DNA of 64,000 nucleotides from contig NC_067403.1 in NCBI RefSeq assembly GCF_016432865.1, positions 247,814,001 through 247,878,000 on the forward strand, in the 5' to 3' direction. Below the pieces are notes generated by a model. The model saw only the letters and a list, made by a program, of their open reading frames with translations, was not told the origin of the DNA and searched no databases. Position 1 is the first letter of the stretch, and the number at the start of each line of letters is the position of its first letter. Positions 49,822 to 60,436 of the stretch are shown here, one piece after another. The position numbers and the translations under genes are program-made. Source of the DNA: Antechinus flavipes. Taxonomy: Eukaryota.

Positions 49822-49915
49822 TTTTAATTTAATTCTTTTAATTTAATTTTCTTTAATTAATTAAATTAATTAATTCTTAAATTAATTAATAATTAATTTA
49901 ATTTCTTTAAATTTT
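49822..49915. repeat. TAATT/TTAA low-complexity expansion
   Basis: Present only in duplication B copy 1; the paralogue near 58680-58710 lacks it. Confidence 0.85.
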
Positions 49916-50384
49916 TAAAATTTTTTCTGAGCTAAAAATTTCAGCTCCCAAGGGATATGGTAAAATATGGGAACATCATGTAACTACATTGTTTCTCAAT
50001 TTTTTTTTATCATGAAATGAGACAGTTGGACAAGATGGCTCTTAAAGTGCCTTCCAGCACCAAAATCCTATGATTCTATGAGGCTGATACAATAGATTTG
50101 GCGTCAGAGGACCTAGATGGAGATCCTGCCTAGTACTTACTTTTCATATTGTTTTCTCCATTAGAGAATGATTTCCTTGACAGTAGGAGGTTTTTTTTTT
50201 TTTTTTTTTTTTGGCTTTTATTTTTATCTGCAGTGCTTTGCACAGTGCCTGAATAATAGTAGGCACTTAATAAATATTAAACAATTTTCTCTTTTCTTGT
50301 AGGTGACTTTAGGCACATCCCTTTATTTCTTTTGATCTCAGTTTTGTCATGTGAAAATGAGAGATTTGAATTAGATTATAGGTT

Positions 50385-51045
50385 TCCTGGTGGCTTTGCC
50401 TGCCTTGAGTCTTTCCCCACTTCAATCCATCCTCCATTCAGTCATTAAGTGCTCTTCTTAAAGTGTTGTCCTTTTCTATTCCTTTACAACCCACAGTCAA
50501 TAACTGCTGTAGCAATTTCTCTCAGTTTCTGGGAGCAAATACAATATTTTCTACTTGCCACCCAAAGCCCTTGATAACAAATCTTTGCTACATTTTCAGT
50601 ATTTTTACACTTTACTCCTCAATATTTAGTCTTTGATCCAGTGATCATGATCTTCTAATTGTTCCATTAACAAGAAACTCTTTCTTTTGACTCCATATAT
50701 TTTCTATTTCTGCCCTCAGTACCTACAATTGTCTCTTGTCTCCTCTTCCTGGTGACTTCCTTAAGTTTTCTTTAAGTCTCAACTGAAATCTCTTTTACTA
50801 GAAACCTTCCCTACCCCCAATTAATTCTATTTCTTTTTTTTTGTTGTTGTTGTTGTTAATAATTTCTTATTTATCCTATATAAAACTTGCTTGTATGTAT
50901 TTATTTGTCTGTGTATTATTCCTCCTTAATAATCTGTAAGGTCCTTGAAGGTAGAGACTGTGTTTTATCTCATTTTATATCCTCAATATTTAGCACATCA
51001 CCTAAACATAATAGGTGCTTAATAAATGTAGATGAATTGATTGGA
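50385..51045 (+). mobile_element. L2 3' fragment shared by paralogous units (also about 59165-59815 and 33290-33775 plus 34808-34960)
   Basis: ccccacttcaatccatcctccattcagtc and aatatttagt.t.tgatccagtgat strings recur in all three copies. Confidence 0.7.
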
Positions 51046-51680
51046 TGAGTAGAGATCTGTCCTCAGTGGCTGGAATATCTGGGTTGAAGTTCTACTTCTA
51101 CTACATTCTTTCTTGAGTACCTGGGTAAGCATTTCCCCCTCTTTCTCTAGCAAAAGTAATCTTGTCAGTATTCACATTTTTTTTCTGGAAAGATCTACTT
51201 GTAGTTCTACTTAACTATCATTTGAACCCCACTGGAAAAAATTCTCCTTTCTGCAGTCCTCTTTATGTCCTATCTGTCTTATTAAAAGTTAATTTGTAAG
51301 ACACTTAGGCAGAAAATATGTGAGACAGAGGATTTCAATATATAATATTTAAGTTTTTTTCTAGATTTAATTCATTATCCTATTATGCTATATTCCCTGA
51401 GTAGAGAATTGAAAGATATGCAGGGAATATAGAGTGTCATTTAAAAATGGACTGAGTCTGTTTATGAAAAGTTTGTATTTTTATTCTCATTTGTTCTCGC
51501 AGGTGTAAGGTCACAAAAAATATGACAATTATGAACTCAATCAATAATCTGACAGATGACAAGCATTTATTAAACCAACAAAAAACTAAGCACATATAAG
51601 CTGTGGGAAATAATGCATTGGAACTCTGTTTTTTAAGGGCTTCATTTCTTAGCAACCATTGAGTCTCTTAGCCTCCACCT

Positions 51681-52643
51681 TCACAGGTTCTCAGAGGCTG
51701 CCTTTTTGCTTATGGCTTTTTTCAGAGCATCTTTGACATCCTTGTTCCTCAAAGTATAAATGACAGGATTGAGGAGGGGAGTGACAAAGGTGTAGACCAA
51801 TGCAAGATACCGATCTTCATCTGCAGGAGTGTTTGATGGGGGTCGAAAGTAGACCAAACTGCAGCAGCCGTATTGTAGCAGGACCACAGTGAGATGGGAA
51901 GAGCAGGTGGAGAAGGCTCGCTGGCGTCCCTCAGCTGAAGGAATATGCAAGATGGTGATGGCAATGAAGACATAGGAAATGCAAATAAGCAGGAAGGGGA
52001 TGGCCAGTACAAGGATGCTTATCACATAAAGGACAGCCTGTGGCACACGAATGTCAGCACAAGCTAGCTGTAGGACAGGTGGTACATCACAGAAGAAATG
52101 GTTGATCTCCAGGAAGCGTCCACAGAAAGGCAGGGTGAAGACCAATGATGTGAATGGCAATGAAAGAAAAAAAGCCAGACCCAGGGGTCCAGCCACCATT
52201 TGGGTACACAGCTGTGGGGTCATGATGAGAGTGTATTGTAGGGGATGGCAGATGGCCACATAGCGGTCATATGCCATGACAGCCAATAGGAAACAGTCGG
52301 TGCTGCCAAGGGTGCCAAAAAAGAACATCTGGGTTGCACAAGCAGTCAATGAGATGGGTTTCCTTTTCCCCATGATGTTGGAGAGCATCAGCGGTACCAA
52401 AGTAGTTGTATAACAGATCTCCAGGAAGGACAGGCTGGACAGGAAGAAGTACATGGGGGTTTGCAGGGAGATGTTTGTGTACACAGCCCAGATAATGGCA
52501 GCATTCCCACAGAGAATCATTACATAGAGAAAAAGGAAGAAGCAGAAGAGGAGAACCTGAATCTTGGGGGAAGAGGTGAATACCCTGAATACAAACTCAG
52601 TGGGGCCAGATTGGTTGAGATTAATAGTAGCAGGAGAAGGCAT
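51681..52643 (-). CDS. Olfactory receptor G6, OR10Q1-like paralogue (320 aa from MPSPAT)
   Basis: Intact ORF. Acceptor ttttctttgatag lies 5 nt upstream of the ATG at 52643; the track extension to 52679 is intronic. Confidence 0.92.
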   Translation of the reverse strand: MPSPATINLNQSGPTEFVFRVFTSSPKIQVLLFCFFLFLYVMILCGNAAIIWAVYTNISLQTPMYFFLSSLSFLEICYTTTLVPLMLSNIMGKRKPISLTACATQMFFFGTLGSTDCFLLAVMAYDRYVAICHPLQYTLIMTPQLCTQMVAGPLGLAFFLSLPFTSLVFTLPFCGRFLEINHFFCDVPPVLQLACADIRVPQAVLYVISILVLAIPFLLICISYVFIAITILHIPSAEGRQRAFSTCSSHLTVVLLQYGCCSLVYFRPPSNTPADEDRYLALVYTFVTPLLNPVIYTLRNKDVKDALKKAISKKAASENL

Positions 52644-53944
52644 GTCACCTATCAAAGAAAAATAGAAAATCAAACCCATTACTGCATATACTTGATAATG
52701 CCATTAACACTCAATATTTTTTTTCCCTAGAGTCATAGATAGATGAATAGAATTTTGGACTTTCAATATTTATTAAGGATTCTTTGGCAGAAATTATTTT
52801 ATGTTTTTGGTCCTCAATTCCATTGGTTCAAGAAGGGAGCGAAATTTTATGACAAATAGACTTGACTTCACTATTATATGGAAGACATTGCCATCCTCTT
52901 AGTCATCAGGCTTCCAAAGTTGATTTTATCAACTACTTGTTTTCTCTCATTCTCCATATCCAATCATTTCCCATCTCTCCTCATTTATTCTTACATAATA
53001 TCTATTGCATATGCTCACATTTTTCCTCAGACATTGCTACCACTCTCTACAGGCCCCCACCTCCATATGCCTGTAAACTGCAATAGCTTTCTAACTGGTT
53101 TTCCTGCCACAAGTCTCTCCATTCCAACCTCCACTCAACTGTCAAAAGGATCTTCTTAAAGCACACTTCCAATCATGTCAACTCTTCCCCTTGCACTCAA
53201 TCTATTCCACTAACTTCCAAAGTCTCCAGAATCCAATATGAAATCTTCTCCTTTTTAAAGTCATTGTTATCTTCATCTCTTCTTACATTTCCAATCTTCT
53301 TGCCCATTTTACTCTATCACATATTCTGTGGTGCAGTCACATTGTTCTCACGTTCCTCCCACAAGACACTCTACCTCCCCACTGAGAGCATTTTTTCTAG
53401 CTGTCCCCCAAGTTTGAAATGCTCTCTCCCTCCAAACCTCTATCTTCTGCTTTCTCTGGATTTCATGACATTAAATAACTCTGAAGAATTTAATAATGAA
53501 ACTTGGCTTCTACCTCTCACCTCGTATGATAAACAATTGATGTGGAATGAAATATATGCTTTCAAACATATAAAATAAATGGCAATTTTTTTTGACTAAA
53601 CTAAGTTATTTCAGGAAGGGTTCCATTGTGGCAAGGTAGGAAATCAATGAGAAATGATAGTTATATGTATAAAAAAGGAATAACCTCAACAAAATTCTTT
53701 TGAAAGAAAAGCATGTTTCTTTAGATGTGGTACTTGAGACATAAAAGGGAAGCTATTCAATTCTATTAGTTATATAGAGAATCAGATATAGTCTAAATTT
53801 TTAAAAATTATATTCCAAAATACTATCATGCTTCTTTGATCCTCAGAAGTCCTGGGTTAAAATTCTGAATCTGTTCCTAACTAGGACAAATGACTTCTTC
53901 TTTTTGAGCCCCAATAACTCTTCTTAGGATGTATGTGAGACATG

Positions 53945-55620
53945 GCAAGATCTGGAGAAAAGATCAAGAAAATAGAAGAATATGTGGACTACTAAAAACT
54001 ATGATCAAAGAAAGAACCTTGGTATAATAATCCAAAAAATACTTAAAGAATATTCTCTGAAGAGATAGAACAACAGGGGAAAGTAGAAATATAAAAAGCC
54101 CACAAAATAACCCTTGGAAGAGATCTTGCAGGAAAAACATACACAATATCATAGGTAAATTTTGAAATTCTCAGATGAAAGAGAAAAATTTACAAGGTAC
54201 AATAAAAAATTTAAATATACTAGAGCTACAATTAGACTAACATAAGACCTATATGCAGCTATAATAAAAGACTTCAGGTCCTGGAACACTATATATTGAA
54301 CAAGGAAATGAAATAGGGTTGAGGCCAAAAATATTAACTCCAGCAAAAGTATGTATAATACTGAAAGACCAAAATGGACATTTATCCAATAGATTTTTCA
54401 GGATTTTGTTGCAATCAAATCAGAACTCAATAGAAAACTTAACATATAATTGGCCACATTAAAGACTAATGTCAAGGGACTAAGGAAGGTCAACAGTTTT
54501 ATGTTTTATATGTGAAAATGTAAACCATATGAATAAGATTTTCATTGATAATTGGGTAGTCCCAAAGTTAAAACTGGGGTAGAGCTGAATATGATGTGAT
54601 TCTAAAACAACCAAAACCATGTAGAAAAACTGCAGTTATGCTAAGTTCAAGAGCAAAAATAGACACAGAGATATTAAATGAGGGAGGAGACCTGATAGGT
54701 CTGAAATCTTACTGGAATCAGGAATGTGTTAAAGAAGGAAATATATATCTACAAGGGTTTAACATCCTCCAAAAACTATAAATAAATGAATGAGAGGTAA
54801 AAGGATAAAGCAGGGAAGAGAAGAATATGTATTTTATTAGGAGTTGGACAAAGTGTATAATATTAATGGGCAAGGGGTAAAGAGAAAGGGAAAGGGTTAA
54901 GGTGGAAGCTAAGGGAGGGATTGTTGAGGTAGTGGCAGGGGGAGGTAAAGTAATAGCAAGGCAAGCTAATTAATGGAAGTAAAGTAGAAGAGTTAGCAGA
55001 AATAGGAGACAAGAGATAATGCATATATATGTTTATGTATATATGGGCTGATATATATGTATATTTTTGTATTGCATGTATATTTTCATATGTGTATGTG
55101 TATTTGTGTCTATGTAAGTATTTGTCAGCACAAATATATCCATGATAAAATTTAGCTGCTTGAGGGAAATTGTGGGGACTAAGTCAACATCCTGGATACC
55201 TTAGAATCAGCCAAAGTCAGGATAAGCAAAAATCCTTGATCTTTATTCTTTGTCCAAGTGAGAGGAATGGACACAGGAATCTCCATCTTCCTCTCTTGGC
55301 CACTTTTCTTACCCCACTCTCTAATCCCTCCTACTATTCTCTGTACACACCAACAGATCCTGTATACACCACAAGATAGTGGGGCAGGCCATTTTCCAAA
55401 CATATGCTAGTAGAGTATTGTCCAATAAGTAATTAGCCTTAAGTGCTTGGCAGTCCAAATGCGTCTGCTCAGTTTCAGCCCATTACATGACATAGGGAGA
55501 ATAAAAAAGTAAAAAAAGAATAAAATAAAAAATGCATAGCAGAGAACACAAGAAACCCTAAGAGGAAGCAAAGGACAGTTCTGAATGTAATATGTTCTTT
55601 TATTATATATACTTTCTTGA
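53945..55620 (+). mobile_element. Duplicate of the old L1 fragment, interrupted by LTR b
   Basis: Paralogous to 45335-46640. Confidence 0.65.
55171..55487 (-). mobile_element. ERV solo LTR b (317 bp), same family as LTR a
   Basis: On the minus strand begins TGTAATGGGCTGA like LTR a, has AATAAA (plus-strand TTTATT 55242-55247) and ends CCCCACA. Degenerate TSD ggaaat/tgacat. Empty site in the paralogue near 46530. Confidence 0.85.
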
Positions 55621-56284
55621 AATAGACATTTATGTATTTTGAATTCTCTTATATTCTGCTGTGTACATGACAATTGTTTCTTTTTTTCCTTTTTATTTAA
55701 GTTTTAAAGCAAAAAAAAAAAAAGGAAGAAATGAGATGTCTTAAGGTCTCTTCTAAAATCTTTGTATTTCCTGATTGTATTCCACTGATTTTCCCTGATG
55801 ATAAAGCAGCAGATTTATTCAAATGCTTGATGTTTGACATGTAGGAAGAATTTAATGAATATATGTTGAACAGAGTTGAATAAAGTAAGCTTCTGTGTTA
55901 CAAAGATTCCCTGAGTCTGTGCATGTGATGACTTCAAAAGACTGTGGAGTCTATGAGATAATTTTCCTTTGTACTTAAAGCTCCTCAATTTTGGACTTAT
56001 TGAAGGTGATCACAATATGATCACAAATGGCACATGGTGAAAAGGCATCTCTTTCTATTTTCATCAGAACATGTAAAGGGATATTCCTTCTTCAGCATGA
56101 GGGCAGTGTAAAGCACTCTGGATTTGCAATCAGAGGATAGGAGTTCAAATCAGACTTCTACATGATTTTTCACATTTACTAATGGAGGGGCTGGACTAGT
56201 TGAATTCTTATATCATTGAGAGCTCTAAATCTATAATTTTGTGATTTTATAAGATAAAAGTTCCTTGAATTATCTTCCGGACAA

Positions 56285-56580
56285 TGTTCTGGGGACTCTG
56301 GTTTTAGATCCCTTTAAGAAAAATCAAAATTTTAACCATCTAATGAATTGCAAGTGCCCTCAATCCTGTCCAAAGGGAATCAGCTTCCTCATTAGTCAAG
56401 ATAGGTTTGACTATTCCCCTTGCTACCTTCTTCCAGACAGCTGGAATAAATGTTTACTGCTACCCTGAGTCTACACAAAATGGTCACACTCACAATCACA
56501 AGAGGTTGAAGCTTTTACAGGAGCTCTGTTCTGCTTGAAGAACTATCCATTGAGTCCTTAAGAAATACTTATTGAATGCC
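56285..56580. promoter_or_regulatory. Module B, copy upstream of G6
   Basis: GGGACTCTG 56292-56300, TAATGA 56341-56346, TCCAAAGGGA 56369-56378, CAGCTG 56438-56443. Confidence 0.45.
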
Positions 56581-57706
56581 TACTACATACTGTGTAACAT
56601 GTGTAGTGCTGCATGAGATGCAGAGAAAAAGCAGGTCCCTTCTTAAGGACTGTGAGACATATCATGTGTGAACTGGGAGGGACTCTTAGAGGATAGTGCT
56701 GAAAGGAACACTGGAACATAGAATGCATCAGAACTGGAGTCAAGTCAATAAGCATTTATTAAGTGCCTACTGTGCACCAAGAATTGCATTGTTTGAAAAA
56801 TAGCTCACACTTCCACATTTTATAGATGAAATATGAGGTTCAGAAAGGACAAGTGATAGAGCAATTTGGCAGCAAACCTGGATATAGAACCGAAGGGACT
56901 TGAATTACAGTGAAAGGCTCTTTCATTTATACCAATCACTTCACACAAATATTAGTGATTTTCCTAAACTTGAAGATGCAAGATTAGGATACGGAAAAGA
57001 ATTTCAGTGTGACATAATGGAAAGGACTCAGTTCGGGGGCTGAGCCCCAGCTTGGTCATGCTATAACTGTGTGACTTTAGGCACAGTGTTCATTTTTGTA
57101 AAATGAGAGAGTGATTACCATTGAGCTTGAAGATATTCCTCACCTCTAAAGTAACAACAAAAACAACTAGCATTTGTATAGCTTTTAGGTTTGCAAAATG
57201 GTTTGCCTATTTAAATGAACTTGATTAATAGATGACATCTATGAAATCATTGTGGCACGGAGATCAAGTAGAAACAGACAGGATAGTTGATGGATCCTTC
57301 TAAAATGATGATGCCAGAACAGCTTAGTCTAGTGGACAGGATCCTAGATCTGTCACTGGAGGATCTTAGTTTCAATCCTAACCTGGCTAAGGAAAGTCAC
57401 TTCTTATAAGTCTCTGATTTCTCATAAAATAAAAGACTTGGATTAGATCTATGATTTTTAATCTAAACAATTTTTTCACATCTCAATAACATTATTTCAA
57501 TGTAATTGATTTCTGTTGTATTCCTAATGATCTCATTTGTTGAATTTAATGATTCTGAGAAATCAGAAATCCATTAGCTTCAGCAGGCTGCCAAAGGGGT
57601 CCATGAACTCCATGGCTGCTGAAACTCTAAGGGTACCACCCAGCTTAAAAAATATGATGCCTATCTAAACAACTAAATGAAAATAGAGAAAAAAGTCATA
57701 TTCCTT

Positions 57707-58390
57707 ACCACTATCCAATGCTTTTGACTCCATGAGCCATCTAGCAAAAGGCTCTGATCCAGAGATTGTCTTGGATATGCAATGCTTTGATCTCAGTCCT
57801 TTTCAAAAATACACAGATTTTCTTCAACCTCTTTGTTTTGTGTTCAATGGAATGATGACCCATGACTTTCCAAGGCAGTAGACTTTACTGGAAAGGAAAG
57901 TGTTTCAGTTCTATGCCTCTGCTTTCTGATTTGATTTCTTTCAGAAGGCAAGGAGAGACTTAGGTTCCCTTCATTACATGATGACCTGAGAGAGACAACA
58001 CTTTTAGTGAATGGAGTTGGTCAGGGATATCACAGAGTCTTCCTAGATGCAGACTAAGTTATCTCACAAATAAAAAATCCAAATAAGTACAAGTTTTGGT
58101 GTGTCCATTCATAGTGTTGCTCTGGCTACTTTGGCAATGTAATTGAGTTTTTTCTTTGAATAGTTTCTCATGGGAGTGGTTTGCTGAACTACAGGAGTTT
58201 TCCCAATAGTCCCTCTAAGTGAATCCCAGGCAAGATTAATGGGCACTGAGATTCTCTCTGTATGTGATGTGGAACTACTTACTACTGATATCTAGGGACT
58301 AATAGGAGGGAGTCTCATTCTTCTATCCTCCCCTTTCTTCCATCAAGGGCTTCCTGAGGCCTGTTCCAGTTTATCTTAGTAGTGGGAAAA
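57707..58390 (-). promoter_or_regulatory. Module A copy 5 (duplicate of the G5 module) now upstream of G6
   Basis: Donor GTG/GTAAGG (57708-57707), TAATTG 58140-58145, TCTCATGGGA 58166-58175, TAATGG 58237-58242. Confidence 0.6.
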
Positions 58391-60436
58391 CATGTGTTTA
58401 TCCCAGCACTGGAAGAGCCCCGTATAGGAGATCAGGAGACTGGGATTAACATTCCAGTTTGATCACTGAACAAAGTGTATAGCTCTGGGGTAAGGTACTA
58501 AGCTCTTGTGGTTGAATTGTTATGCAGTGATTCCCATAGATGTAGTCCCTCATTTGGCCCTTCTTCTTTTCAACCAACATTTATTAATCATTTTTATAGG
58601 AGAGCCTGATACCATAAAGCTCTGATATTGTCTTCAAGGAGTTTATAGTCTGGTGTCATTCCAGAATAAGTTCATTTCAATTTTTTTTAATTGATGGGGC
58701 TGGTTAATTTTTTCTGAGCTAAAAATTTCAGCTCCCAAGGGACATGGTAAAATACGGGAACATCATGTAATTACATTATTTCTCAATTTTTTAAATCATG
58801 AAATGAGACAGTTGGACAAGATGGTTCTTAAAGTGCCTTCTAGCACCAAAATCCGATGATTGTATGAGGCTGATACAATAGATTTGGAGTCAGAGGATCT
58901 AGATGTAGATCCTGCCTGCTATTTACTTTTCACATTGTTTTCTCCATTAGCGAATGATTTCCTTGACAGAAGGAGTTTTTTTTTTTTTTTTGGCTTTTAT
59001 TTTTATCTCCAGTTCTTTGCACAGTGCCTGAATAATAGCAGGCACTTGATAAATATTAAACAATTTTCTCTTTTCTTGTAGGTGACGTTAGGCACATCCC
59101 TTTATTTCTTTTGATCTCAGTTTTGTCATGTGAAAAGGAGAGATTTGAATTAGATCATAAGTTTCCTGGTGGCTTTGCCTGCTTTGAGCCTTTCCCCACT
59201 TCAATCCATCCTCCATTCAGTCATTAAAATGCTCTTCTTAAAGTGGGGTCCTTTTATATTCCTTTACAATCCACAGTCAATAACTGCTATGGCTCTCTGT
59301 AGTTTCTGGGAGCAAATACAGAATTTTCTACTTGCCACCCAAAGCCCTTAATAACAAATCTTTGCTTTCTTTTCATCTTTTGATGGACTTTACTCCTCAA
59401 TATTTAGTCTCTGATCCAGTGATCATGATCTTCTAATTGTTCCATTAATAAGAAACTCTTCCTTTTGACTCCATATAGTTTCTATTTCTGCCCTCAGTAC
59501 CTGCAATTGTCTCTCACCAACTCTTCCTAGTGACCTCCTTAAGTTTTCTTTAAGTCTCAACTGAAATTTCCTCTTTTACTGGAAACCTTCCCTACCTCCA
59601 ATTAATCCTGTTTCTTTTCTTTTGTTAATAATTTCTTATTTATCCTATATAAAACTTGCTTGTATGTATTTATTTATCTGTGTATTTTTTTCCCCTTAAT
59701 AGTCTGCAAGATCCTTGAATGTAGAGACTGTGTTTTGTCTCATTTTATATCCTCAATATTTAGCACATCGCCTAAACATAATAGGTGCTTAATAAATGTT
59801 GATGAATTGATTGGTTCTCAGTGGCTGGAATATCTGGGTTGAAGTTCTACTTCTACTACATTCTTTCTTGAGTACCTGGGTAAGCATTTCCCCCTCTTTC
59901 TCTAGCAAAAGTAATCATGTCAGTACTCTCATTTTTTTCTGCAAAGATCATTATACTCATTGATTGGCATGTAGTTCTACTAAACTATCATTTGAACCCC
60001 ACTGGGAAAAAACTCTCCTTCCTGCAGTCCTCTTTATGTCCTATCTGTCTTATTAGAATTTAATTAGTGAGATACTTAGGCAGAAAATATGTAAGACAGA
60101 GGATTTTAATACATAATATTTAAGTTTCTTTCCAGATTTAATTCATTATCCTATCATGCTATATTTCCTGAGTAGAGAATTGCAGGGAATATAGAGTGTT
60201 ATTTGAAAATGGGCTGAGTCTGTTTATGAAAAATTTGTATTTTTATCCTCATTTGCTTTCGCAAGTGTAGAGTCGCAAAAAATATGACAATTATGAACTC
60301 AATCAATAAATCTGACAGATGACAAGCATTTATTAAACAAACAAAAAACTAAGCACATATAAGCTGTGGGAAATGATGCATTGGAGCTATAAAGGCTCTA
60401 TTTCTTAGCAACCATTGAGTCTCTTAGCCTTCACCT

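Larger units (their letters stand above)
44264..52850. repeat. Segmental duplication B, copy 1 (~8.6 kb, contains G6)
   Basis: Collinear with 52851-61606 and visibly less diverged than duplication A. Confidence 0.93.

Noticed and set aside
52644-52679. N-terminal extensions in the ORF track (MGLIFYFSLIGD, MIGD for G5/G7, MLSLADK for G1)
   Set aside because: They run through the polypyrimidine tract and AG acceptor, and for G5/G7 begin at TTG. Removing them gives a uniform 320 aa aligned on the NQS sequon.
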